The notes beneath the pieces were generated by a model. It was given only the letters and a program-made list of their open reading frames with translations, made no database searches and was not told where the DNA came from. A stretch of 63,730 nucleotides of DNA, the filler included, from Candidatus Woesearchaeota archaeon (lineage in GTDB: Archaea; Nanobdellota; Nanobdellia; Woesearchaeales; WJIZ01), in the NCBI GenBank assembly GCA_018221205.1. It is 8 parts of 8 records of this genome, joined end to end, with 100 filler letters (N's around TTAATTAATTAA, not from the genome) between each part and the next. Parts side by side here need not be neighbours in the genome. Positions count along the whole stretch, not along the records: positions 19,096 to 22,089 come from JAAOYF010000045.1; positions 22,190 to 34,608 come from JAAOYF010000009.1; 6 more parts are not named here. One strand, 5' to 3'. This document shows positions 19,555 through 29,922 of the stretch, piece after piece. Within the stretch, counting starts at the first letter, position 1. Each line of letters begins with the position of its first letter. Made by a program: the position numbers and the translations under genes.

Positions 19555-20191
19555 CAATCTTTCTCTGCGTTGATGTTCTGTAAGGCAATTCTCCGAATCC
19601 GCAATTAGTGCAGGTCAGATCAAGGCTGACCCAGTCCTTATCTTCTATCTTATATCTCTTCAATGCGTCTGGCATATAGGCCTGAATATAGACATGGCCT
19701 GGAATGAAGACAAATCTTGTCCTTATCCCTACTGCTCCTAATAAGTTAGCTGCTAAGATGGAAGCATCATCGCAGTCTCCTCCTGTGCTTGCCAAAGACT
19801 CTCGTGCGGATTTGATATACTCATAGCCTGCAGGATCTGAGACATACTGGAAATTGTCTCTTACGAAATAGAATATTGCCTTTGCATGGCAGATCTTATT
19901 GCCTTCACATGCTAACGTCACTATCTTATCTGCGGTCTGCTTGATGACAGGATCTGAAGGCTTTACATATCTGGGAAAATCCTCCTGGATGATGAATGCA
20001 GGATTCCTTTCCACTTCTATGGCAGCTGGCGCAACCTCCTGGATAGTGGGAATGTATGTCGGATTGGGATCTATCTTCACTGCTCTTGCTGGAATGAACC
20101 ATACTAAAAGGATAAGAATGAGAAAAAGGCCCAGAATATAGGTCAGAGGGCCTCGCCACCAAGGCTCTTCAATCGGCTCTTTGATTTCCAT
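19547..20191 (-). CDS. Membrane-anchored transglutaminase-like protein
   Basis: N-terminal TM; GDCDD, GHVY, WVSLDLT triad. Confidence 0.85.
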   Translation of the reverse strand: MEIKEPIEEPWWRGPLTYILGLFLILILLVWFIPARAVKIDPNPTYIPTIQEVAPAAIEVERNPAFIIQEDFPRYVKPSDPVIKQTADKIVTLACEGNKICHAKAIFYFVRDNFQYVSDPAGYEYIKSARESLASTGGDCDDASILAANLLGAVGIRTRFVFIPGHVYIQAYMPDALKRYKIEDKDWVSLDLTCTNCGFGELPYRTSTQRKIVN

Positions 20192-20269
20192 AGAAAGAAC
20201 TGAGAGGGAGGTATATAAAATAGTTTGGATATATTTATAAACCAGCCTGAGCTCTTTTCCTCGGGGAAA

Positions 20270-22089
20270 ATGGGTATACTCTCAAAAGTAAAATCTCCTG
20301 CAGATGTGAAGGTATTGAGCAAGCAAGAGCTCCATCAGCTTGCCAAAGAGATGCGGCACGAAATCATCCACACGGTTGCAGAGAAAGGCGGCCATCTCGG
20401 CCCTAATCTTGGAGTAGTGGAGTTGACCCTCGCCTTGCATTATGTGTTTGATTCTCCAAAAGATAAGATCATCTGGGATGTCGGCCATCAAAGCTATCCT
20501 CATAAATTGATTACAGGCAGGGTGAAGAAGTTCAGGACTCTTCGGAGCTACAAAGGTGTTTCAGGCTATCCTAACAGAAAAGAATCTAGCCATGATCCGT
20601 TCGGGACAAGCCATGCTTCTACCTCTATCTCTGCTGGCTTGGGCCATGTCGCTGCCCGCGACCTGAAGAATGAACAGTATAACGTCATAGCAGTCATAGG
20701 GGATGGTGCTCTGACCGGCGGCCTGAGTTTCGAAGGATTGAATCAGCTGGGACACCTGCAGAAAGACATGATCGTTATCTTAAACGATAATGCTATGGCG
20801 ATAAGCAGTAACGTCGGTGGATTGTCAAAATACTTATCGAATATAGTCACGAATCCCAATTATGCTGATATGAGGAACAAGATCAAAGATGCGATCATGC
20901 GTTTTGGTGAGAAGACTGTTGAGACGGTCGCTGATTTTGAGAATACTCTGAGGAGCCTATCAAAAGAAGGCATGTTCTTCAAGGCTCTTGGATTGAAATA
21001 CTTCGGTCCTATCGACGGCCATAATATGGAAGCGTTGATCAAGGCATTGAGGAATATCCAGAAGATAGGGGGACCTATCTTATTGCATGTGGTGACGAAA
21101 AAAGGAAAAGGATATCCCAAAGCAGAAGAAGACAGGGAGAAATGGCATGGAGTGAGCCCTTTCCACATCAAGAATGGAGAAGGAAAGACAAAGAAGACTG
21201 TTGTCAGCTACACTGATGCATTCGCAGAGGCGATGGTCACCCTTGGTAAGGAAGATAAACGGATCGTCGGCATAACAGCTGCGATGCCTAAGGGCACTGG
21301 TTTGCAAAAATTTGGAGATATGTTTCCTGAACGGTATTTTGATGTCGGCATTGCAGAGCAGCACGCCGTTACCTTTGCAGCTGGCATGGCCTGCGAGGGC
21401 ATGAAACCGGTCTGTGCTATCTATTCTACTTTTCTGCAGCGTGCCTATGACCAGCTCATCCATGATGTCTGTGCACAGAATCTGGATGTCACGTTTGCTC
21501 TTGATCGAGCAGGTATTGTAGGCGAGGATGGAAGGCTGCAGCATGGTGTGTTTGATTATTCTTACTTAAGTAGCATCCCTAATATGGTTGTCATGGCCCC
21601 TAAAGATGAAGGTGAATTAGGGCATATGTTGAAGACTGCGATCTATCATGAAGGGCCTGCTGCATTACGCTACCCAAGAGGAAGCGGTATAGGAGTTACG
21701 GTCATGAATCCGTATAAGAGATTCAAGATCGGCAAGTCTGAAATCCTTAAGAGAGGGAAGGATGTTACGTTATTGAGCATCGGAACCTGTGCAAAAGTTG
21801 CTCAAGAGGCTGCTGCATTATTACGGAAGAAAGATATCAGTGCTGAGGTGATCAATGCCCGCTTTGTCAAGCCTTTTGATGAGAAGAATATCCTGAAATC
21901 TGTCAAGAAAACCGGCAATCTGGTCACGATAGAAGAAGGTGTTGCCAGAGGTGGTTTTGGCAGCCAGGTTGCAGCTATGCTGAATGAACGTCAGATTGAT
22001 GCGAAAGTAAAATGTATGGGGGTTCCTGACAAATTTATTGATCATGGTCCTGCTGGAATGTTGAGAGAGAAGCTGGGATTTGATGCTGA
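20270..22089 (+). CDS. dxs: 1-deoxy-D-xylulose-5-phosphate synthase (last codons truncated)
   Basis: GGHLGPNLGVVEL, WDVGHQSYPHK, GDGALTGG...NDN, YSTFLQRAYDQ, DRAGIVGEDG. Confidence 0.95.
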
Positions 22090-22189
22090 NNNNNNNNNNN
22101 NNNNNNNNNNNNNNNNNNNNNNNNNNNNNNNNNTTAATTAATTAANNNNNNNNNNNNNNNNNNNNNNNNNNNNNNNNNNNNNNNNNNNN

Positions 22190-22268
22190 CAAGTACATAG
22201 TAAATCAAGAACAACACCACGCAGAAGCTTAAGCGGATACCCCGACTTTCAAGTCGGGGAGGAGGTCA
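22190..22268 (+). mobile_element. IS200/IS605-family element right end (copy 2)
   Basis: Identical to 9350-9428 except GGAGGTCA vs GGATGTCA; flanks diverge immediately after TCA. Confidence 0.85.
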
Positions 22269-22336
22269 TTTTAGAATTTAGAGTTTATAAGTCTTTTTTA
22301 TGTGCTATCTTCTACTTTTCAATCATGCTTTAATAT

Positions 22337-23119
22337 TTAGTCTGCTTCTAAGGCTGCTGTCAATTCCCTATCAAAATTCTCAAATGGTTGGGCGCCGCTG
22401 ATGAGTCGGCCATTGATGAAGAATGCGGGGGTTCCTCGCACGCCAGCCAATTGACCTTCTGCGATATGTTTTTGGATTATTGATGCTTTCTCTCCTGAAT
22501 CCAGGCAAGAGTCGAATTCTTCTCTATCAAGGTCAAGATCAGATGCATATTCCTTGAAACTAACAACACCATCGCTCACTCCTTTTTCGAAGAGTGCATC
22601 ATGCATCTCCCAGAACTTTCCTTGATCCCTTGCGCATTCTGTGGCTTCAGCAGCTTTTTGCGCACTAGGATGGAAGCTTAGCGGAAAATGTTTGTAGATA
22701 TACTTTATATCACCAGTCTCGACATATTTTTCTTTGATCTGAGGCAGGGTATCAGTGTAGAAGCTAATGCAGAAGGGACATTCAAAGTCGCTATATTCTA
22801 TGAATATCACTTCGTCGCTCTCTGGATATGGTACAACCTCTTCAGGCATTGGATCAGGTTCAGTAGGATTGACCACAGGAGGACTTACTTCCTCAGGTTG
22901 ATCAGGAGGAATCACAGATTCATCCTTATCACAGATAGAATTATCATCTTGGTCTAGACAGCAACCAGCCCCAAGCCGCATATACGGCTTTTCGCATACT
23001 ATTGCTTTATTTGCAATCCTTTCCAGATCCTCATCAGATACTTGATCAAGATCTATATTTTCACACGCAAGAAAGATGATAGTTGACATACAAAGCAGGA
23101 TTATAGTGGTTTTATTCAT
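22337..23119 (-). CDS. Secreted/lipoprotein DsbA-family protein with Cys-rich N-terminal module
   Basis: FLAC signal; CEKPYMRLGAGCCLDQDDNSICD; YSDFECPFC, HFPL, GVRGTPAFFING. Confidence 0.9.
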   Translation of the reverse strand: MNKTTIILLCMSTIIFLACENIDLDQVSDEDLERIANKAIVCEKPYMRLGAGCCLDQDDNSICDKDESVIPPDQPEEVSPPVVNPTEPDPMPEEVVPYPESDEVIFIEYSDFECPFCISFYTDTLPQIKEKYVETGDIKYIYKHFPLSFHPSAQKAAEATECARDQGKFWEMHDALFEKGVSDGVVSFKEYASDLDLDREEFDSCLDSGEKASIIQKHIAEGQLAGVRGTPAFFINGRLISGAQPFENFDRELTAALEAD

Positions 23120-23220
23120 CTGGATACCTCCAATACGGTTTAAGTTACTTTTGGGTTTAAAAAAATATCTATCATTTGGAAATAAATAACTTTAAATAAT
23201 CGTAATTTCAGAGTAGAGAT

Positions 23221-23787
23221 ATGAGGGGTTGGTTAGTAGCTTCATTTTTAGTATTCTTAGTAGGATGTATACCTGTCCATTGCGGCGAGCCTTATATTCG
23301 GTATGGAAATAGCTGTTGTCTGGATGAGGATAAGAGCGGAGTATGTGATGTGGATGAAGTGGAGACCATAGAACTCCAGAGAGCTGCGCCTGCCAAAGAA
23401 GTATATCTTTGCCCGGATGGCACACTTTCAGAGGATTTTGACTGTGGAGAGGTCATTGCCCCTTCATGGGTGACTCTCATTCCTGTCAAAGATAACATCG
23501 GATTGATTGATGAGGCAATTTTCAATATCATGGTGGCCAACAGTGCTCCTGGGCGGGCGACGTTTGAGATCGAGAGCGGTGATGAGAATTGGAGACTCTT
23601 GACTAATCCAGTCATGTATCCTATCAGATTATATGTCAAAGGCGGATTGGAGAATAGCTTACGGCTCATACTTCAGCCGGATAAGAGTAAACTTGAACGA
23701 AAAAAATCGTATGACGTGCCCATTTATGTCACGAATGCTGATACTAAAGAGAAGATCACTGTTTATGCTATAATTTATATCACTTAG
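23221..23787 (+). CDS. Secreted/lipoprotein with Cys-rich module and Ig-like domain
   Basis: LVGC signal; CGEPYIRYGNSCCLDEDKSGVCD. Confidence 0.75.
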   Translation: MRGWLVASFLVFLVGCIPVHCGEPYIRYGNSCCLDEDKSGVCDVDEVETIELQRAAPAKEVYLCPDGTLSEDFDCGEVIAPSWVTLIPVKDNIGLIDEAIFNIMVANSAPGRATFEIESGDENWRLLTNPVMYPIRLYVKGGLENSLRLILQPDKSKLERKKSYDVPIYVTNADTKEKITVYAIIYIT

Positions 23788-23795
23788 GGGGTAGA

Positions 23796-24110
23796 ATGAA
23801 ACGTTTGTTGATTGCATTGCTATTAGTCATCCCTCTAGCGGAAGCTTTCGGGCCTTATGAAGCATTGGATCATGGTGAACAATTCATCCAGGAGAATATA
23901 ATCACAGGACATAAAGGATTTCTTATGGAAGACCTCTCAATCTTTCCTCAGGCAGTATACCAGAATGAGCAGAATTACCGTCTTGTCTATAAGATTGAGG
24001 CTGATCTTGATGGAAAACTGATGAAACGATTCCTGATGATAGAGATGTCCAAGCAAGGACAGATAAAGAAAGTATATGCGTCAGCGCTTTCTCCTGACTT
24101 TCTTCTTTGA
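23796..24110 (+). CDS. Small secreted hypothetical protein
   Basis: Signal peptide MKRLLIALLLVIPLAEA; GGGGT RBS. Confidence 0.7.
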   Translation: MKRLLIALLLVIPLAEAFGPYEALDHGEQFIQENIITGHKGFLMEDLSIFPQAVYQNEQNYRLVYKIEADLDGKLMKRFLMIEMSKQGQIKKVYASALSPDFLL

Positions 24111-25445
24111 GGGCAGATTATAGGCTTTATAGAGCTTATCTTCTGTCTCATCCACTTCTTTCAGCAGGTTTTCAGATTCTTTTATCGCAATCTCTGCTGC
24201 CACTGCGTTCGGCAAAATATCATCTCTGCCATATCCTTTTCTCTTGATTTTCTTCAGCAGCTGGTCAGAGACCGATTCTCCTTTATCAAGGAGGTCTGCC
24301 AATGGCTTGACTACAGGAGCATAATTCGCGTTCAGGAACTGTTTGGTGAAGCGATAGAACCGTTGCACATAGCTGAGGATTGTTTTGCTTGAGAGACCTC
24401 TATATGCTGCCTCTTTTTGCAAGGTGTTCCGGACATAGGTATGGGGCGGGACGTGGATGATATTGCCCTCAACCTTGAAGGGCTCGTGCTTGCCGATATC
24501 AGAAGGAACGACGATGTAGTTCATCCTGTAGATCTCTCTGAAGACAAACTTCATCAATGAGGCAAGAGCCATGATGTATTTTGGATGATTCATATCCATT
24601 CCCCGTAATTCTAACGTCCCTAGAGGATTGATCTTGACAGGATTCCAGGTGAAGCGAAGTATGTTTGTCTTCTTGATGAGCCAGGAAGGTTCCAATTTGT
24701 TTGCGTGCATGAGGCTTTTCCATTTATCCTGCCGACCTTGGAGGCTGAATATCAGATCTCCTAAGGTCTGTTTGTATGGAGGCAGCCCACCTAGTCCCTG
24801 ATATCTGCTATATTTTCCTTTCATGTATCCTAGCTTTTTTCCTCCACGATACATCAGCATCCTCGAATCCTTAGCCAGATACTTTCCTTCTGCAAAGGGG
24901 GAGCTTTGGAGCAATACAGATGTTGCTGGATCAAAAGCAATAGCCAGATTATAGGAGTCGATCATGGCTTTAGAGAGTTTTGAGTTCTTGCTCTCTTTGG
25001 GGAATTTTTTCCTTTGGTCAAAGACACCTCTCGGCAAGGTATAGTGATAATGGAAGCCGCAGCACAATGTCGCATTCAGATAATTCTCTGTCCCTAGGAT
25101 CTTCTCCTGTTCCAGATACCATCTTTTATCGGTCACTTCGGGCTTAATCTTTCCAGGATAGGTACCGAGGGGATACAGCACAAGATTGTGCTTATCTGCA
25201 AGCTCGATGCTGGTCTTGATCTTTTCCATCAAGTCGATAAATGAGTCAAGAACGTTAACTGTAGGATAAGAGCCTAATTCAATCATGCTCTTGCCTGCTT
25301 CTGGCCGCATGCCTAGCTCTGGATGCTTTTTATTCGCTAAGGCGATGAATTCATCTGCCTTCTTTTGGGCGTATCCTTTATGGTTCAGCAGGAAGAATTC
25401 TACCTCCATCCCAGAAAGAGACTTCTTCAATGGGCGTTTCTTCAT
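24081..25445 (-). CDS. Glutamate-cysteine ligase family 2 (GCS2/YbdK-like carboxylate-amine ligase)
   Basis: GMEVEFFL, MIEL, CGFHYH, QSSPF, DSR, GTLELRGMD; likely start MKKRPL. Confidence 0.8.
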   Translation of the reverse strand: MKKRPLKKSLSGMEVEFFLLNHKGYAQKKADEFIALANKKHPELGMRPEAGKSMIELGSYPTVNVLDSFIDLMEKIKTSIELADKHNLVLYPLGTYPGKIKPEVTDKRWYLEQEKILGTENYLNATLCCGFHYHYTLPRGVFDQRKKFPKESKNSKLSKAMIDSYNLAIAFDPATSVLLQSSPFAEGKYLAKDSRMLMYRGGKKLGYMKGKYSRYQGLGGLPPYKQTLGDLIFSLQGRQDKWKSLMHANKLEPSWLIKKTNILRFTWNPVKINPLGTLELRGMDMNHPKYIMALASLMKFVFREIYRMNYIVVPSDIGKHEPFKVEGNIIHVPPHTYVRNTLQKEAAYRGLSSKTILSYVQRFYRFTKQFLNANYAPVVKPLADLLDKGESVSDQLLKKIKRKGYGRDDILPNAVAAEIAIKESENLLKEVDETEDKLYKAYNLPSKKKVRRKR

Positions 25446-25529
25446 GCTGGCATGCAAACTAAAGTGGTTTATAAAACTAACCAAAAAAAGCGAAAGAAAT
25501 AAAAACCAGTTTTGTCTGAGTACTCCATA

Positions 25530-26195
25530 ATGGTAGAATTATCACCTATACGGGATGGATTGCTTCAACCTCTCCAGGAATTATGGGCTGCAGTCCTTAA
25601 TGTCTCACCAGGAGTCATCTGGTTTATCATCATCGTCATAGTCGGTTATTTCATCGCTGCTATTCTCGGATGGATTGTCAAGAAGATACTCTATAGGATA
25701 AACATAGACAAGAAACTGAGAAAATTGGACCTCCATGACAGTATGGGTCCGATGAGCATCGCAAAATTGACCGGTATGATCTTCAAATGGTATGTCTTTA
25801 TCCTATTTCTCAATCAAGGGGTTACTTTTCTTCAATTGGGCAAGATCTCAGATGTCATCACTACTTTTGTTGCGTGGCTGCCTCGGCTCATCATCGGCAT
25901 AGTCATCATCATCGTGGGCCTGATCTTCATCGATTTCATCGTCCATAAGCTCCTTGCGATCAAGAATAGGTATATCAAATTTGTCGCTACTACCCTTAAG
26001 GCTATCTTGATTGTTATTGTCGTGTTTACTGCCATCGAGCAGTTCGGCATCGAGACTAGGTTGGCTCAGAATATCTTCCTCATGATCGTGGGAGCAGTCT
26101 TGATTACATTCTCGTTAGCGTTAGGCATCGGCCTTGGACTGAGTTTCAAGGACGAGCTTAAACCGGTTATCAGGAAATTTAAGAAGAGACTTTAA
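25530..26195 (+). CDS. MscS-associated TM-helix repeat membrane protein
   Basis: Twofold P-x-LI/helix repeat, ALGIGLG. Confidence 0.75.
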   Translation: MVELSPIRDGLLQPLQELWAAVLNVSPGVIWFIIIVIVGYFIAAILGWIVKKILYRINIDKKLRKLDLHDSMGPMSIAKLTGMIFKWYVFILFLNQGVTFLQLGKISDVITTFVAWLPRLIIGIVIIIVGLIFIDFIVHKLLAIKNRYIKFVATTLKAILIVIVVFTAIEQFGIETRLAQNIFLMIVGAVLITFSLALGIGLGLSFKDELKPVIRKFKKRL

Positions 26196-26196
26196 A

Positions 26197-27000
26197 ATGC
26201 ATCGCTGGTCTAAATACTCACTTACCACAGAGAATATAGGTATCTATGAAGAGATCTTTGAAGGTCTCCATATCATCGACTGCCATACCCATATCGGCCT
26301 GGATGCAGACGGCTATAAGCTCAATACTACCGGATTATTGAAAAAGATGAAGGAAAGCGGTGTTGATATCTCTATTGTGTTTGCGTTGAATGAACCTGGC
26401 ACGACCAAGGACTTTCATCATTCTAATGATAAGATAGGAGCAGCATGCAAACAGCATAAGGACAAATTGATCCCCTTCATGCGTCTGAATCCGCATCATC
26501 CCTGGAAACATGAGTTTAAGCTACGGATGGAGCAAGGATTTAAGGGAGTGAAGCTTCATCCACGCAGCCAGAATTTCAAGATCGGCAGCAGGAAGGCTAT
26601 GGATATCTATGCAGCCTGTTCGGATAATCAACTTCCTGTGCTTATCCATGCAGGCATGGGCCTGGAGAACATTGCTGATGATGTCTTCAAGATGTGCAAA
26701 ACATATCCAAAATTAAAGGTCATACTAGGCCACGCTGCTTTTGTCGACATGGACAATGTGATCAAGAAAGTCGGGCATAAAGAGAATGTGCTTTTTGACA
26801 CTTCCAGTCTGAGATTATTCGATCTTTATGATCTGATCAAGAAGCTGGACCACCATAAGATCGCTTTTGGCTCTGACATACCTTATTATGACGTTGACTG
26901 GGCGATGCAAGGATTAATAGATACTGCTATCATGCTTCGAAAACGAGCCCATCAGATCCGGAAGATCATGGGGGACAATGTGAGAAAATGGTTTCGCTGA
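26197..27000 (+). CDS. Amidohydrolase family 2 (TIM-barrel metallohydrolase)
   Basis: IIDCHTH, GVKLHP, LIHAG, ILGH, FGSDIP. Confidence 0.9.
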   Translation: MHRWSKYSLTTENIGIYEEIFEGLHIIDCHTHIGLDADGYKLNTTGLLKKMKESGVDISIVFALNEPGTTKDFHHSNDKIGAACKQHKDKLIPFMRLNPHHPWKHEFKLRMEQGFKGVKLHPRSQNFKIGSRKAMDIYAACSDNQLPVLIHAGMGLENIADDVFKMCKTYPKLKVILGHAAFVDMDNVIKKVGHKENVLFDTSSLRLFDLYDLIKKLDHHKIAFGSDIPYYDVDWAMQGLIDTAIMLRKRAHQIRKIMGDNVRKWFR

Positions 27001-27395
27001 GAAAAGACATCAAAATCAATCTTAATAAATTCCTTGACTTTGTCATCTCCAAGGATGAGCTCTATATCAACGAGAAGATAATTTACTATATCCGCCTCTA
27101 TACTGATCTGGTCAGGGCTGAAGAAAACTTGGCAGGGGGCTTCAATCGCATGCTGAATTATCTCCGTATTGTCCGAAACATGGCAAAACAGGCCACTTTC
27201 AGGGAGGAAGAGGTCTATTTCCAGCGCATCTATGATATCGCCCATGAGATCATCGGCAATCAAGCTAAAATCAGGAGGGCAGCAAGCAAATTAAAGCCCG
27301 GAGACGCCTATTCAGATCCTTTAGGGGCCCGAACACGGATGCAGCTTGCGCAGAATATCTGCATATTAAGGGTCATGAAACGCGAAGTCAAATGA
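26988..27395 (+). CDS. Hypothetical protein
   Basis: 135-aa ORF overlapping both neighbours in operon style. Confidence 0.65.
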   Translation: MVSLRKDIKINLNKFLDFVISKDELYINEKIIYYIRLYTDLVRAEENLAGGFNRMLNYLRIVRNMAKQATFREEEVYFQRIYDIAHEIIGNQAKIRRAASKLKPGDAYSDPLGARTRMQLAQNICILRVMKREVK

Positions 27396-27808
27396 AAAAA
27401 GCATTCTTCATTGTCTGTCTCTTCATCCTAGGTTGTTCTCAAATTGCGGTTGATGAGCGCGAACAATACCGGCAGGAGATCCTTGATGAATTTGAGGATA
27501 TTGACCAAAAGATTCCTGAACAAAAGCCCGTCAACATCAGCGATGATCCTAAAAAGCAGGAAGTGATGGACTTTGTCAAGAATTTCTTCAATACTATCAA
27601 TTATCAGAGTGTAGATGACTCTCCTGTCAGGCCAAATGACCGCTCATTTCAATTTGCCGGTTTTCTTGTCGAAGATACTGTCTATTCGACAGTCGTCACC
27701 TTCCGCTTAAACAGTCTGCAAGGGCCTACTGATAAACAATATAGAGTGATCATCGAAGACCTTGGAGAAGGGAAGTATAAACTTCTTGAAGTCGAAGAAG
27801 AAAAGTAA
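27392..27808 (+). CDS. Putative lipoprotein
   Basis: MKK...ILGC signal. Confidence 0.7.
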   Translation: MKKAFFIVCLFILGCSQIAVDEREQYRQEILDEFEDIDQKIPEQKPVNISDDPKKQEVMDFVKNFFNTINYQSVDDSPVRPNDRSFQFAGFLVEDTVYSTVVTFRLNSLQGPTDKQYRVIIEDLGEGKYKLLEVEEEK

Positions 27809-28618
27809 TCATCTTTCTCTGATGCATTGGTCATAGAAATCACATTGTCCTTTTGACCACTTGCATAAAGGAGTTATGTTGATAGGGTAATTGGCTATCT
27901 CTTCTGATTTGGTCTTGGCATGGACGAATTCGATCTCGTACTTTGCCTCATCTAAGAGTGCATCATCGACTTCGAAGGTCTGCTCGCCGAATTTCAGGAA
28001 ATTGATACCTACTACATCCGGTGCTTTGCCATATTTCAGCTTGTATAGGAGGGCATAGATGCCTAATTGCAGCCTATATGCCGACGTTATCTCGTCTTTT
28101 TTTGAGGTCTTATAATCAATGATCACTGTATGGTCTTTTGAATCGTGAATAGCGTCAATAAAACCGCGAATCATCAATTCCGGATTCCTTATCTCTTCCT
28201 CTATGATCGGAGTGAGCGCATGGAAGGCCTTATCCGGAGCTTTTTCTTGGTCTAATTCTGCCTTGAATTTCCCAGAGAAAGTCTTCACGAAATTGTTGAG
28301 CATCTCCTGCGAATCAATAAGGTAATATTCAAGTTCTTCTTGGGTCAACTTCAGCATTTCGAACTTTTTCTTGCTCTTATTCCAGAGCTTGAGCAAGCTA
28401 GCAGTTATATATGCACGAAAGCCTTTTTCGTAGTCATCTGGATCCAGGATGGAGATATCAAGATGGAAGAACTTTTCTAGTACTTCATGGACAATTGAGC
28501 CGCGAATGAGGTGGATAGAAGGCCTGGTAGGTAGCTTGAGGATGTATTGATAGAAAAATCTTCTCGGGCATTGCTTATAGAGATTTATACTGCTCGGAGA
28601 GAGCATCCGGTCTGCCAT
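27809..28618 (-). CDS. PD-(D/E)XK RecB/Cas4-like nuclease
   Basis: LSPSSI...CPRRF, GFIDAI...IIDYKT, QLGIY, C-terminal CKWS...CDFYDQC. Confidence 0.9.
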   Translation of the reverse strand: MADRMLSPSSINLYKQCPRRFFYQYILKLPTRPSIHLIRGSIVHEVLEKFFHLDISILDPDDYEKGFRAYITASLLKLWNKSKKKFEMLKLTQEELEYYLIDSQEMLNNFVKTFSGKFKAELDQEKAPDKAFHALTPIIEEEIRNPELMIRGFIDAIHDSKDHTVIIDYKTSKKDEITSAYRLQLGIYALLYKLKYGKAPDVVGINFLKFGEQTFEVDDALLDEAKYEIEFVHAKTKSEEIANYPINITPLCKWSKGQCDFYDQCIRER

Positions 28619-28829
28619 TAGGGAATAAGAAAAAGCCTAGTTTATAAAGTTCACGTATCCGGGGAAAGTCCAGTGCTAGTAGAGATTCTTGATTAAGAAG
28701 GGATTATCCTGATTTTTGTCTGATTCCAATCTTGCATAATTGAACAATAAATTCCAAAGGAATTTATTCGTTCCAGAGAGTCTTTTAAACGTGGAAACCA
28801 TTAAATATAAGCTTACTCTATACTGCTCT

Positions 28830-28976
28830 ATGGAGGCCATAATAACAATTACTCTGGGATTAATCATAAGCTATTTATTGTTTAGGTTTATGAGAAAACA
28901 GAAAAATGTGGCTGATGTCTACTCTGACATAATAGCCAATGATAAATATAAGGCTAAGGGCCAGTGGGAACGATAA
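28830..28976 (+). CDS. Small membrane protein (48 aa)
   Basis: MEAIITITLGLIISYLLF...KYKAKGQWER*. Confidence 0.55.
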   Translation: MEAIITITLGLIISYLLFRFMRKQKNVADVYSDIIANDKYKAKGQWER

Positions 28977-28977
28977 G

Positions 28978-29262
28978 ATGGAAAACATAATCGGGAAAGA
29001 ATTGCACATTTCCCTTAGCAGGCTTGATAACCTCGTTAGGGTCGGTACTGTCACATTTAATAAAGCAAACATCAAGTCAGAAACTGATTTTATTAGCACA
29101 TTACAAAAAGTAATGAAAGATTTAGACGATGGTAAATATACTGTCCATGATGATACTAGTGTGTTTGCAAGATTCGACCTTAGTAAGCAATCAGTAAGGC
29201 TTCATAAGTGGTCTGAAAATACTGGAATAGTTATGCCTTGCTGGAATTACTTTGAAAACTAA
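28978..29262 (+). CDS. Hypothetical protein
   Basis: ATG one base after previous stop; 94 aa. Confidence 0.6.
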   Translation: MENIIGKELHISLSRLDNLVRVGTVTFNKANIKSETDFISTLQKVMKDLDDGKYTVHDDTSVFARFDLSKQSVRLHKWSENTGIVMPCWNYFEN

Positions 29263-29286
29263 TCACTTCTTTTGTATATACCTTCT

Positions 29287-29481
29287 TCGGACATGATTAT
29301 TGAAAATTTTGCTGGGTTTAAAACCTTGCACTTCAGTGCGAAATTTTCAATTCCAAAAACTCGCCTATCAAAACGAGGAGCGTAAAACCACGGGCTCATG
29401 GAAATGGGACATTTCCAGGACACAGAAAATCTACGATTTTCCCGTGGATAGCTCCGAGTGGCGAGTTTTTGTTATGTCAGA
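29287..29481. other. Multi-branched palindromic intergenic element (REP/MITE-like or structured RNA)
   Basis: Nested inverted repeats: 29300-09/29341-50, 29354-65/29460-71, 29388-94/29441-47, 29400-06/29410-16, 29425-31/29435-41. Confidence 0.75.
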
Positions 29482-29622
29482 GTTGAATTTTAAGATTCCT
29501 GAGCATCTAATAACTCTCCGATTTAAAAGAGACCAGTGGTATCTTCCTGACCTATACATTTCAGTCACCATACTACAACATTTAAATAGAGGAACATAAT
29601 TAATTATATTATATCTATTAAT

Positions 29623-29907
29623 ATGAAAAAACTTAAGATTGTATATGTAGTCTGTGGATTTAGGGAATATGCTCAAGCAGAGTCATTTGCTTTGTATACC
29701 AGACAAAAAAGAGATACTAACATATTTATTACAAATGATAAAAAGCTCGCAAAGAATATTCTTAATACGGGTTTTAAAGTTTTATTGTCTACTATAACTA
29801 ATCTGACAAAGAAACTAGTACAAGAAATTGATTTACAAGGGAAATGCAAGAGCCAAAAATTTTTCCTGGAAAAAACAATAACACTAGAAGTATATCATAA
29901 AAATTGA
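29623..29907 (+). CDS. Hypothetical protein or glycosyltransferase N-terminal remnant
   Basis: MKKLKIVYVVCG start resembles GT-B N-termini; short. Confidence 0.4.
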   Translation: MKKLKIVYVVCGFREYAQAESFALYTRQKRDTNIFITNDKKLAKNILNTGFKVLLSTITNLTKKLVQEIDLQGKCKSQKFFLEKTITLEVYHKN

Positions 29908-29922
29908 TAACAAACAAATAAA

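Noticed and set aside
27809..28618. Cas4-like nuclease as evidence of CRISPR-Cas
   Set aside because: No repeat-spacer array or other cas genes seen in the window; solo RecB/Cas4-like nucleases are common in archaea.
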